Part shown: piece after piece, positions 23,174 to 35,250 of the stretch
Position numbering within the stretch: position 1 is the stretch's first letter
How the letters are laid out: each line of letters begins with the position of its first letter
Origin: Penicillus capitatus
Taxonomy: Eukaryota > Plantae > Chlorophyta
NCBI GenBank assembly: GCA_965649825.1
Contig: OZ287694.1
Location: forward strand, 805,197-869,196
Direction of reading: 5' to 3'
DNA length: 64,000 bases
Notes under the pieces: generated by a model
Seen by the model: only the letters and a program-made list of their open reading frames with translations
Told to the model about the DNA's origin: nothing
Database searches by the model: none
Translations under genes and position numbers: made by a program

Positions 23174-23900
23174 ATGGTGTGCGTCAAGGAAGTGCCAGCC
23201 AATCTCTTTATCGAGGCCTATGCTGAACACTTGGCCAAAAAAGTGCGCCGCGCACAACGACGCCCTGCCACAACGGCATACCACCTCTGCTGCAGCTGAC
23301 GTTGCCTGAATGGGAGACGATCGTGAAGACAGCGAGTTTTAAAGAAATGCCGCCAGCAGATGCGAACTGGTACTGCGTCCGTGCAGGTAAGGAAGCAGTA
23401 AACGAAGGGGTATGTTCAGCCCCTCGACGTCAGGACGACGCTTTGTTAGATGCGCCGTCCTGCGTCTCGAGGGGAGAGTAACGGACGGTCATGCATCATT
23501 ACCGTACGCAGATCACTTTGCGTTTCGGTTGGTTTATGTCCCATACGCTCACTCCTGTCCTGTCACATCATGTTTGACGGCTGGTTCATGATGTTTAGCA
23601 TCGATTTGTCGAAAGCTTTATTTTCGGCAAGAGATCGGCGTCGGGATGTTTCGTAAGCTCTATGGAGGGAAGCATCAGAAGACGGTGAAGGCGGGGCATT
23701 TCCGTAAAGCGGCCGGCGGTCTGATTCGACACATTCTGCAGCAGCTGGAGAAAATCGGATTCGTGGAGAAGAGCACCGAGATGAAAGGGGGACGAAAACT
23801 GACGCCCAGTGGACAGCGAGATATGGATCTCGTGGCAGGCAGTGTCCAATTCGACTCCTATCTGGACGAAATGATCACAGAAGAGGCGGCGCCGGCCTGA
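23174..23900 (+). CDS. RPS19: 40S ribosomal protein S19 (eS19), two introns
   Basis: MVCVKEVPANLFI, LPEWETIVKT..KEMPP.DANWYCVRA, KLYGG, GGRKLTPSGQRDMD. Confidence 0.9.
23420..23548 (+). ncRNA. Candidate intronic box H/ACA snoRNA
   Basis: Lies in the unusually long RPS19 intron 23387-23598. Layout: hairpin 23420-23474, H box AGAGTA 23475-23480, second hairpin with internal pocket 23483-23541, ATA (ACA variant) 23543-23545. The pocket is complementary to a conserved 18S rRNA stretch recalled from memory. Confidence 0.65.
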
Positions 23901-23949
23901 AAGATCGACGTCGATTGGAGAGACACGAAGCCACAGGAAACATCGTAGG

Positions 23950-24985
23950 ATGAAAAGACATGTGAAAAGACGTCGTGTCAAGATCTGTGCCCCTTTCGCT
24001 TTTTGAAGTGTCTCCTGCAGAGAGAGGTAAAAGAGAAGTGGAGACATGAGGTCTGCGGACCCTGTCAAACGCTGCCAGACGGAAGGAGCGCTCAGCCAGT
24101 TGGGCAATCGTAGTTCCTTTGATGTGACAGGTCGATTCAACATCTCTCGCCGGATGCCTTTTTGCGGTGTCGATACCAATGCCCTTGCAAAACAGCTGTT
24201 CTCCAATCGCCACTGTTCTTCGAGATCTCGGCTGCCGTGTCGTTCGCAATGCCTGCGACGAAATGGACGGTCGTTTTGTTTTGGCGCATGCTGGCGGCGT
24301 ACAGGAGGACAGGAGCAGAGAAGGGACGCGCAATGCGTCGTGCGATGGGATTCAGCGGAAGACGTCTATGCAGCGTCATGGATCGAATGCGGAGAGATTC
24401 CACCAAACACTTCTCATCCTCTTGCTCTTCGATCTCCATCTCCACGACCCGTTCGTCCATCTCTCGGATTCGATCCAGACGGCGGCGCAGAATCTCGCCA
24501 TCCGATGTGACATCCATCATGCATCTCTCTGTCTGTACAGACTACAAAGCATGCCGTTATGGATGAAAAACGTGAAATTCTCTCTGTGCCTTGGATTCGA
24601 ATGGCTTGGGTGGTAAAGGTGCTTTGCCTTCAGAGGTCTTTTCCTGCGATAGATGACATCCGTTGGAATCATCCCGTAGTCTATCTCCATCCTCTTCGGA
24701 CAGACAGCGCAGTATTCTGTGCAGCTTTTGTGCGTCCTTCTCTGTCGATCGCTCCCCAGAGAGACGACTCTCGGAGACCCACTGCACCAGGCGCTCGACC
24801 GTCGTACGCAGCAACTCCACGACATCTATCTTTCCGTCCTGCCATCGCAGCACCTTCTCTTCAAAAGGGGACGACGTTTTGCGCGTAGTGCGCTGTTCGT
24901 TGCCTTGTGCGACGCGACGAGGAGTTGGACGATGTTGTCCGGGTCTTCTTCACATGACGGCGATTTGATTTCGATTGACGATACC
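23950..24985 (-). CDS. Hypothetical spliced protein (exon pieces 24557-24853, 24137-24520)
   Basis: Protein-like acidic/helical ORFs joined by plausible short introns. No family recognised; boundaries are approximate. Confidence 0.35.
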
Positions 24986-25018
24986 CTGCGCAAAAGAAAG
25001 ACGTCGAGAAGCGAGAGA

Positions 25019-25090
25019 TGTCACTGGGGAGAATCGAACTCCCGTTTCTGGAGCCACAATCCAGTGTCCTCACCACTAGACGACAGTGAC
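25019..25090 (-). tRNA. trnH: tRNA-His(GUG)
   Basis: rc gives GTCACTG acceptor stem, D arm GTCTAGTGGTGAGGAC, anticodon arm CTGGA-TTGTGGC-TCCAG and T arm GGGAG-TTCGATT-CTCCC, followed by a T-run. Confidence 0.95.
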
Positions 25091-25149
25091 GCTTCGTCCA
25101 GACGGTCACTGGGTCCCATAGAGCGACCAAAAAACACAAGCCGTACCGC

Positions 25150-26314
25150 GGGCAATCCGTTTGGCTGCCTGTGTGTTGCATAAGGCACGTCCCCTTCTTC
25201 TTAGCCCTCTCGAATCCGCACGCGAGCTCGCGGCATCGCACGAGCAGACTCGAGAAGCCATCGACAAGGGACAACGGAGGCAATGCTGCAGGGGAGGACG
25301 ATGGGATGCCGTCGGAAATCCACTCAATGGTGGACAATCTCTCACACGTAGAATCACAGCGCTGCTCGATTTCGTTGAAGGCGGCGCAATGGGATGCGAT
25401 TTTGGCTTCCAAGGCAGCGGCCTGTGCGTTATGACAGTCGTTGGGAGTTTTCGCATACTGTTGACCGATCTCACTCTTTCACGAGCACGTTGCTCTTCTT
25501 CGAGAGCATGTGTGACGTCCTTTCGCGATTTCGACAGTTCGCTTTCGAGATGCCGCGTGGATTCTTCCAACTCCTTCCAAGCGACCTCCGTCTGGCATCC
25601 TTGCGTCTCGGTCGATATCTGCTCAACGGCACCCACAACGCGTAACTCCTCCTCAAGATCGTCGATCGTTCTTTCGGCCTCTTGTAACTCCCCTTCCAAT
25701 TTTGCGTGTGCTTCTCGCAACAAGGTCAACTCTTCTGCACGCGAGGTTGCCTCGTCCGACCATCGTGCCCTTTCCTACGGCCACGATTCTTGCCGCGTCA
25801 CCGTCGGCAGCGACTCCACTTCATCCAAACGCTCTCGAACGCGTTCTTCGACGGTCTGATTCCAGTACGCCACCAATTGAGCGCCGACGCCGTCCGGTCC
25901 GCGCACCGCCAAGCGTTCTATCGTTTCCAGATCCGCATCGTGCTGATCCGCATCGAACGCGGCCGACTGCGTCAAGGCTTCGTTATTCACTCGACTCAGC
26001 ACACGTTCCGACCATTCTTTGAGTCCTCGACGTGCCTCTTCTCCCTCAAGCAATCGTCGGCGATGCTCATCGACCGTCGCCCGAAACAACGTCACTGCGG
26101 TGGAACACCTTACGACAGCACACGATCAGTCGACGGTCGTCTTCTCTCCAGCTACGTTTCACTTTTTCCAGTAAGTCGGCGTTGAGCGTGTGCCCCGATC
26201 GACCGTCGTTTGGACGTCTCGCGTCTCAATCTCGTTGTCATCGTCGGACGACGTTTCCTCTGCGATAAGCGCATGACCGAATAGATCGCGTGCGATTTCG
26301 TCGTTGTCCTCCAT
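25150..26314 (-). CDS. Hypothetical coiled-coil protein (spliced)
   Basis: E/R/L-rich heptad ORFs (25775-26095, 25450-25729). Putative ATG at 26314. No family recognised. Confidence 0.45.
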
Positions 26315-26337
26315 CGACTCGCCAGCGCACAATGACG

Positions 26338-27100
26338 TCAGACCTCGAACGCAACGCGCGTCATGACGACAGAAAACGACGCTTTACACCGTACGTGTGG
26401 CGTTCTACACAGCAAACGTTTTGTAGCGCAAGATAAAGTCCTCAGTATCCACTTCCGGATGCGATAGAAGATACTGAACGTCTTTAGCCACATGCCGCTT
26501 TGCTGTGTAAGTGAACAGCGCATAGATTCCTTCCTCGTTCCTTGACGAACAGACTCTTGCCTCAGGACAGGCGAAAAGACCGGCCTGTACTTCTTTATGG
26601 GGTAGGCCAATGTGTACGGGCCCCGAACGGAGACCTCCACGTTTTCGGCATTGTTATTCAGCAGAAAAGACTCCAGCCGTGCCAGTTGGTGATCCCTAAG
26701 GCGAAACGAGCGCTGTTGGCAGCGGTTGTATAAAAATGCACGTGCAAACCTTTCCTCTTCTGTAATGATGGTGCTCAAACAGAGAAGCGTCTCATAACTG
26801 CAGAAAAGACGCGCCGTTAGCGACGATGCCTCCATATACCTTCTCTCACGCACTTTCTCCACAGAGATCTTCCTGGCGGAAGGCCATCTGGCAAAGAAGA
26901 CGGCGCTGCCTAAACAGACAGACCTACCTGTCAATGGTATCCATACATGCATGCCTCCAGGGTTTGGTTATGCCTTGGCAGCCAAGGGTACGAGTGGGGC
27001 ACGGTCAGTGGCGATTCGCCCACGACCGACACCTCGGTAGTGCGGTAACTGGGTTGGTAAGCCGACGGGGACGGTCGCGGTGACGAATCGCGTCGTCGGG
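26338..27100 (-). CDS. Hypothetical protein
   Basis: 204-aa ORF 26338-26952 with protein-like composition; ends uncertain. Confidence 0.35.
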
Positions 27101-27156
27101 GAGATGCGCAGCGAACGGAGGGAAGACATGACGACGGGTCACCAAAATGCAAAACG

Positions 27157-28268
27157 TTAAGGTGTCTGAAGACGACGTCGTCCCCTTCCCTTTCTGCGTT
27201 TCTTTTTCTTCTGCCCGTGCAAAGTACTGCTGCCCTTTCGTTTTGGATCCGTCTTATGTAACGGCATCGATTCTGCCCAGTTCGACTTCTTCTTAGTTTC
27301 CAATGCCCCTTCATCGATCGGAAGCGATGCTGAAGCTGTCCCAAAAACAGCACCCAGTCCTAGTTGCTCAACGGCGGCGAGAAAAGCCTCTTCTTCCTTC
27401 GTTTCCTTCACCTTCTGCATCAGTGTATCGAACACGAAAGAGCTACAGAAATGCTTTAGATCTTCACTATATGAATACACATCCAATGACGCAACTGAAT
27501 TTTTCTCTCGAGGACTGGACGAGGCGACGTGGCTGTTCGAAGTGTCTTTGCAAAGGGTAAGATCACACAGGCGAAGCTGCGCTGCGTCATCGCATCACTC
27601 TTTTCTTCCTGTAACGCTTTGTCGAGCTCTTCGATGTAAATCTCCACAAAATGCGACGGAATGCCAGGCGCCACACCGTCTTTCGAAAAGATCTCGTCGC
27701 CCAGAGATGCAAAGAACTCCTTGTGCGACCTGACAGATAAACATAGCGTCGAATCGTAAGATCACACAAAAGCGAGAGGACGTGTGGCACCATTGAGTGC
27801 GCACGGCTAATCTCCAGACGGCGTGAAGCATCTTCCGTGCCAAGGTGTAGTACTTATCCAACCGATACTGATCGATCATGATCCATTCACGACGGAGCGT
27901 CGCCAAGAACGTCGACCAAAACATCCGACGGCACTATATCACTCTTTTCTCACACTTTCCAGCGACGTCCCTTACCTTCAGCGTCATGTCCTCGTCCAAA
28001 AGACAATCCGAAATCGCGCATGCCCTGGCGTGCTGCAAACACGGCCGTCTTGTATGGGAAACTGCTTGGAAGGTGAGTATCGCACTTGTTGCGTGTCGCC
28101 GTCGAGGTTCCACATTCCATAGAACAACCCTTTCCACAGTTTCATTCCCGTTTCCTCCGTCCCATCTCCTGCATCGCGGAGAAACGGCCGCACGCGTGTG
28201 AAGGCGTCATCGCGCACGTCGTCGAGGGCACTACCGAGGTCCTTTGCGAGTCTTTCGACGTCGCTCAT
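27157..28268 (-). CDS. RRP1: RRP1/Nop52 ribosomal RNA processing protein
   Basis: KLWKGLFYGMW and REWIMIDQYRLDKYY are Nop52-domain motifs. Basic C-terminal tail. Confidence 0.9.
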
Positions 28269-28331
28269 CGGCCGAGACGTGAGTGACGTGACAGGACACG
28301 CCGTACACTATTCCCTCGTTCAGCGAAGCCT

Positions 28332-28876
28332 ATGTTTAACGCCCAGAACGTCGGCGAACGCGGAGGAAGTCGCCCTTTCGTCGTGGGACTCGTTCTCCTT
28401 CTTCTCTTTCTGAGTACGACGCAAGATTGGGGCTCACCTCCTCGAAATACATCGAGAAAACAACTCAAAGAGAGCACTCCGCAGGACGTTGCCGTCGAAA
28501 CGAAAGAAATCGTAAGCTGCAGAGCTCATTTGTCACATCTCATCCGCTCTGTTCTATAGATCATACGCAATCTCGTGAGAAGTAATGAGAAATTGGAGGT
28601 GATGCCAATCAGCTTCGGCGGACAGCAGTCATGCATTGTTCGATGCTGTAGGCTGAGAATGGGGAGCTGCGGTTAGAGCTTGCTGTTCTGAGGAGTGCAT
28701 CGAAATCGATGCGGTCCATGAACAACGGCCAACCGCCGGACGATGTATCCGAGTCCGCTTCCGAACAGACCACCACCATCGAGGACGCTCAGAAAACGCA
28801 ATCGAAGGATGTACATGAGCAAAATACGGACAAGGAAGCATCGTTAGAAGACAGCAAGACACTGCCGCAACTGTAA
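28332..28876 (+). CDS. Small protein with an N-terminal TM anchor and a coiled-coil (uncharacterised, plant-like)
   Basis: TM segment PFVVGLVLLLLFL. Two GT-AG introns join to IIRNLVRSNEKLE and AENGELRLELAVL; stop TAA at 28874-28876. Confidence 0.55.
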
Positions 28877-28910
28877 GCATCATCCTGTACTGTGTTTCGC
28901 ATCTGCATCG

Positions 28911-29638
28911 TCACCGGACACGTTTCTTGGATGATCTCTCGACGGACGGCGGTGATGCACCATCGACGTCCATCGCATCGCTTTCTCTCTCCGTCTCGTT
29001 CTCTCCCGCCGCCTCCGAAGATGCTGATCTCTTCTCCAATGTCTCCTACAGTATCTAGCTGTCTTGTCACAGCGTTTTCAGCTAAGGACGTACGATGATG
29101 TCCGGGATGTCGGGCTCAGGTTTCAGCTTCAACGATCCTTGCATGAAAGCTTCTGAAATGGAAGCCGTCATGAAAGTCTGAGTCACGAGATGATGTATAG
29201 GTGCCTTTGGCTTTCTGAAATCTTTTGCCTTCCATGTGTTTCTTCACCGCATGGACACCCACGCCGATTAACTGACCCGTCAGTGCACAGTAAATGCTCT
29301 CCCTGTCACATCAACGAGGCAGGATGCAGCGGGCGGCATCGTAGCATACTCGAAGTTCTTGGATCGAACAAAGAAAGGCTCAAACTGCTGCATCTCGTCA
29401 AAATGCGCCTCCAGATCTTTCAGTCTTTTGAATTTTTTGCCACTGGTGTCGATGAATAGGTCAGAAGGGATCGGTTGCGGCGGTTGTACTTGACAAAGGC
29501 TTCCAGTACTTCGAGCCGCGGAACGAATTCGCGCCCGTTTCTTCGACACCTCACCCGTCCATTCGCTAGCCACTCAAAATCATCACCCCTCGTCTGCACC
29601 CATTTTCGCACCGCGCGGTCATTCGCATCCGTTTCCAT
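28911..29638 (-). CDS. SURF2: Surfeit locus protein 2 (SURF2)-like
   Basis: FEWLANGRVRC, GKKFKRL and FEPFFV resemble SURF2. Acidic tail ending KKRVR*. Confidence 0.6.
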
Positions 29639-30310
29639 CCGTTCCTTGTGATTCTTCGGACGAGGTCTGACGTCGTCTTGATGATGTGACATCATCAAGG
29701 TCCCAAATTCAACGTTGCTTACAAAAAGGCCATTCGAAAGCGAACGTCTTCGTTTGTCGGTTTCAATGTTCCACACTTTGCTGCTTGTATTGCAACGACC
29801 AGTTGACTAAAGCGAGAAGTTTCATTGTCATTAGTTTCGAGTTCCCAAATCCTTCGTTAACCGCACTTGCTGCTCTTTTTGACTCGAACGCTCTGTGCTT
29901 GCGTATCGTGGGTGTCCCGTTTCAGTACTTGTGATAATTCGACATCTTTGAGCGTCACGCACCAACGGGCGAGGTTTCCGCTTCGGACGTCGTCGGGATG
30001 TTTACTCCAGTCAAAAGGTAGCGCCGCGTGGCGTATGCGTGAAATTCGAGGTGTATGTTCGTGCAGAGGAGCGCCACGTTTGTTTTCATCTGGAGCTGTC
30101 TCTGTTCTCAAGTCCGAAAAGCTGCAAGGCGGTATTCACGGAAACAGTGAGTACAAAGAAGATCAGGAGGACCATTCCCCGAACCATCGTCGAGCCGAAC
30201 TGAAAGGGCCCATTCTCAGTCAAGACACCGTGTGGAGAAACGACGGGGCGTCGCTCTGTGGCGGCGTCTTTGGGGAAAATACCACTACTGCTGTCGCTGC
30301 CGCTGCTGCC

Positions 30311-32580
30311 ATGGCGGCTTCACCTCAAGTCTATGACCATGCAACCCGGCCGGGTTTGCAATCGCATCTTCAGCTTTCACAAGGAACGGCACAACGTCCA
30401 CCAGCCGTTAGCGCGCCCCATCCGATAAGGACCACCCAAGTCTGTCGCAGCTTCACGCTGCCTTCTGCAAAAGACTGCGTTATGGATGGGTCTTGTTTAC
30501 AGGAACCTGCGTCGTCTCTGTCATTTGATGAACAATTTGGAGGATGGCGTGATCTGCCGACGGCGTTGTGGAATCCGACACCGAACGCGACGGCGCCACA
30601 AGACCTCTGCAACGAACAACCCGCACTCGATATGGAAGCTTTTCTTCAAGTACGTTACAGGGCATCGTTGCGCGATGGGACGTTTGTATGTTGGCAGGAA
30701 CTGTCTTTGAGCGAATCCTCGTCTTCCCAGGCAGATTTATCCAGCTTCGACACGTCGGAAGGAACAAATCCGCAAGTCGGGACGGATTTTTGCAACAATC
30801 TTTCGTCTCCTGTGTCAGCCGGCTACGACGCCACGGCGATGCCCTCAGCTTTGCAGGCAACTTACGACCCACTGCTGACTCTCGCCATGGTCGATCCAAC
30901 AAAAGCAGTCCATCACTTCAACGCAATGCCGTTCGATGCGCTAAGCGCTGCCATCGGTGCGCATCTCTGGAATACGGGACCCGTTCCGGACGTCGCACTC
31001 TTCTACCTGTTTCGCAAGGTCGTGACGGCTACGGAAATATCGACGGAATCGATGACGTGTCCGTTATAGGTGCACAGCAAAGAGCAAGCGGACCAAGCAG
31101 TGACGGCGCTGGTCACGGATCGCGAAATTCGCACCCATCAAGGCGTTACGACGCCTTACTCTGAAGTGACGTCCGCTGCAGTATTCAACGCCCTTAACCG
31201 GACAGGCACGCAACCGTCACATCAGCAGAAAGATAGTGAGGTTTAACGGTTGTGTGATGGATGGGACAGGTGGCGAGACTCTGGTGGTAGCAGCAGCCGA
31301 AAAAGCATTTGAACTGGGTCTGACCCTCTCACGTAGTAACATGTATCATCTGATGAAGCAATACAGCGTTCAAGGAAAAGTCGACCACGTCGAGAAGCTT
31401 TTTAGAGCGCTGGAGACCTCTGGAAAGAGTTGGAATTCCAATTGCATCGTCATCATGATGCTGGCCTACTTTAATCAAGGTCGATTTGAAGATGCCGACA
31501 AACTGCGTCATGAGCTGAACGCCCGTGGCATCAAGATTTCCGAAAGAATTGAAACACGTCTGGACAAACTTTTGGCGGGAGAAGAAAAATGGAGATGGGA
31601 AGATAAAGTGTTCTACAGACCCAGGAAAGCACATTTGGCTCCTCCCCCTGGATTCCAACCCCTGCATCAACAACTGCCATCCATGATGACGATGATGCAG
31701 CCATTCATGCGCAGACCTGGATCGATGCACGAGGCAATGAAGGCGTACAATCCCTACACGTCGTCTGTACAGTCTCTGCATACGAATGCGATGCCGTCTC
31801 AGAAGGAGCCAGAAGACGAGTACATTTTGAGAGATCTGCCGCCTGTGACTCTCAAGGATGCCGTCAAGGAACCAAGGTACAGAGCTCCTCCTTCGCTATT
31901 GACGTGACGTGACGTGCTGTGCAGAATTCACTTGAATGTCTTGCGATCTGCTGGATTTGATGATCTATTCACTGTCCTGGAAGACTTTGTCCGTGTAGAG
32001 GGTCCCGTAGAGAACGTCTGCATTTCATTCCTCTTCAGAAAGGTGGATACTAAGCGCGACGTCGAAAGAGCGATGAACTTTCTGAAATCAGAGAGATCCG
32101 CCAGGGCAACTGCCGGCGTCTCTGAGGAGTATAACGAAACAACATGCTCAAGGATCTTCACCGCGCTCTTCCGAACGGGTAAGGTTCTTGGATGTGTGAC
32201 GTCTTGGTAGACAGCTGTGTGATGTGACAGGTGCTTCTGATCTGGCCTTTAACTGTGCCGAAAATGCTCACGAAACTGGATTGGTTCTGTCGGGTAAAGC
32301 ACTCCATGAACTGCTTAAGAGCTTTGCGACGCGGAACGACGTCGAGAAAGTAGAAGAAATTTGGAAGTTGGTCAAGTTAAACGGCAAGCCTAGTTCTAGA
32401 ATCGTTTATTCCATTTTCAGAACCTACTTTGACAATGGTATGATGGAAAGAGCCAGTGCCTTTCACAGGGAAATCCAAAACATCGGTATCAAACTGAGCG
32501 CCTCGGCGACTCGTAACATCGAAGATGTGCTTTCTGGCGTGAAGAGCTGGGTCAGAGATCCACATTCCAATGAATTCTGA
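30311..32580 (+). CDS. PPR-like helical repeat protein with two tandem ~190-aa modules
   Basis: PPR-like 35-aa helices (YHLMKQYSVQGKVDHVEKLF; ELLKSFATRNDVEKVEEIW). The modules align (LFRKV...RTG...AE.A.E.GL.LS). Start uncertain. Confidence 0.65.
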
Positions 32581-33473
32581 ATTTTGACGAGAGATCCGTC
32601 TGGGAACTGCGCTGTGCTGTGTCATGCCTTTCTGTCGTTCGTTGTGTAAGATGTCACCTGATGGTGACGAGGCATTCCATGAACTTCTCTCTCTGCAATT
32701 TCTCACATTTTACACGGACACTGAGATTCCCTTTTGAAAAAAAGAGATCTGTCTCATATGATCCAGGTGGACGTGCCATACCTATACCATTATTTCCACC
32801 AAAGCCGCCGCCACCACCACCCAGATAACGTTTTTCTCTCCTAAGCAGGCGTTTTAGATAGTTGCATTCTGCATGAACGCATGATCTGTCTTTTTGTGCA
32901 ACGATTGAGGATGGCTGTGCAGTGCCTATCAAAACCCGGCTCTACACGTGGCACGGGCATGCACCATTGTTCTATAACTGTAAACATCCTTCTCGTCGAC
33001 GTAACAGTCGCGAAGCCACAACACCGAACATTACTCGTACGACACAGAACTTCAGCCACCGTTCGTAGAGAACAACAACATTCTGAGCGCTTTTCCTCAG
33101 CGTGCCGTTGTTCTTGTCAGTCTCTCCTTGCTAACATAGCATCCGCACCCAGTGAGGTTACCCTCCGCAACGTACGTCCCACACAAAACAAACCCTCCAT
33201 GCGCCTCGTCTGCCTCGTGACCCGCGCCGCTGCATACGAAGCAGCTGGGAAGAGTCGCTTATAACCCTGCTCTTTCTCTGTCGCGTCGTCTACCCGTCTG
33301 TCAGAATATTCTCTATCCAAATCATGCGTATATTCGCTTTTGTCTGCATCTCCTTTTCGCGTTTTGCTCTTGCGGCGGATTTGTTGTCGACTGTCTCTCT
33401 GAGTGACATTACGTGTGTGCGCAGTTGAACGTCTCAACGGGGATAACATTCGACCTCTTGCCTTTGCGACGTC

Positions 33474-35250
33474 ATGTGGGACGATTACGTCTGGATTGTC
33501 GTGGTCGGTGCCTTTTTGGCCTTTTTCACGGCGTACGGAATTGGAGCCAATGATGTCGCCAACGCTTTCGCTACCTCCGTCGGCGCAAAGGCCATTACCA
33601 TTACGCAAGCTGTCTTTATTGCCGGCATCTTCGAATTCGCCGGAGCCGTACTTCTCGGTTCGCAAGTGACGGATACGGTCCGTAAGAAGATCGCAGACCG
33701 AGAAGAGTTCGATGACGATCCCGAAGTCCTCATGTACGGAATGCTTTGCGTTTTGGCAGCGACGGGTATCTGGCTGACCTTGGCTTCATTTTTGGAGCTG
33801 CCCGTCTCAACCACCCATTCCGTCATCGGTGGCATCATTGGCATGGCCCTGGCATTTAAGGGCAGCGATGCTGTTGTCTGGTACGAATTTGACGATTCGA
33901 AATCAGACCTCAATAAATTCAAGGGCGTCGTGCCCGTCATTGCATCGTGGGTGATCAGTCCTTTCTTGTCCGGCTGCTTCGCCGTTATTCTCTTCTTCGG
34001 CGTCCGTTTGTTGATCTTGCGTCAGGCCGATTCCGAAAAAAGGGCATACATGTTCTTCCCGATTCTGGTGGGACTCACTGTCGCCATCAATGTCTACTTC
34101 ATTGTCTACAAAGGATTCAGCAGAAAGATCAAACACGATGGCAAAAAGCAAAAACTGAAAGACATCTTGGGCGACTGGGCACATCTCTTGGCATGGGGTG
34201 CCGGTTTTACCTCCGCCTTGATCGTGGGCCTCATTGTCGTGCCATATCTCAAAAAGAAAATCGAAGAACGACGACAGATCCGCCTTCAGAGCGCAAAGGC
34301 GGCAGGAGCAGAAGAAGGCACTGCTCAAAAGGAAGCAGCCGCAACAAATGAAGAAGAGTCTGGTGTTCAGGGCCGATTCAAGAATGTGACATTCTTTGAT
34401 CACGACGTCCATGCCATCATCGATGAAGATCAGACCGTCAATACCATTCACGAAACTAGTGAGAAATTTGATCATGATACAGAGGAGGTCTTCAAGTACC
34501 TCCAAGTTTTTACCGCCATGTGCGATTCCTTTGCACATGGTGCCAACGATGTAGCGAACTCGATTGGACCCTTTGCGTCGATCTACATGATTTACAGAAA
34601 AGAAGTGGCAAACAGTAAAGCAACGGTCCCTGAGTGGATCCTGGTTTTGGGTGGAGCTGGTATTGTGCTGGGATTGGCAACATATGGATACAACATTATC
34701 CGTGCCATCGGTGTCAAGCTTATCAAAGTGACAGCCTCTCGCGGATTCTCCATCGAATTGGGAGCCGCGATTGTCATCATTTTGGGATCTCAATACGGTA
34801 AGCCTGTGTACCCCCTGTCCTCACGCGCCTTCATTCTCCTGTTCAGGTATTCCTCTGTCGACGACACACTGTCAAGTTGGGGCGACTGTGGGTGTTGGGT
34901 TGCTGGAGGGCAAGAATGGTGTGAATCTTATGTTGCTGCTAAAAGTGATTGGCGGCTGGATCATCACTCTGATCATTGTCGGTGGCACCTCTGCCATGTT
35001 CTTTGCTCAAGGAGCCTATGCGCCATCCATTGTGAACTTGAGAACAATCAATCGCTTCGAACGGGGTCTTGTCGATATCTCCGCAACGTTGGGTGAGAGA
35101 ATGGGAATGGAAACTGATGCTGAAGTCGCAGCGCGGAACAATGAGTTCTTGGAGGATAAGAACGACGACAGTCGTAGCCAGATCCGCTACACTCTTGATC
35201 TTTTGAACAACTACACCGCAATCTGTTCGGCATGCGACGGTCGTAACTGA
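33474..35250 (+). CDS. PTB: PiT/PHO4-family Na+/Pi symporter (PTB-like)
   Basis: Both signatures GIGANDVANAF and AHGANDVANSIGP, plus PVSTTH and PLSTTHCQVG. One intron ~34797-34848. Confidence 0.95.

Noticed and set aside
25161-25859. 232-aa + strand Ser-rich ORF
   Set aside because: Antisense to the Glu-rich coiled-coil ORFs; its composition is the expected mirror.
32600-33350. Possible small spliced gene on the - strand (Gly-rich GGFGGNNG, Cys-containing pieces)
   Set aside because: I could not assemble a consistent exon chain or recognise a family, so it is left unannotated.
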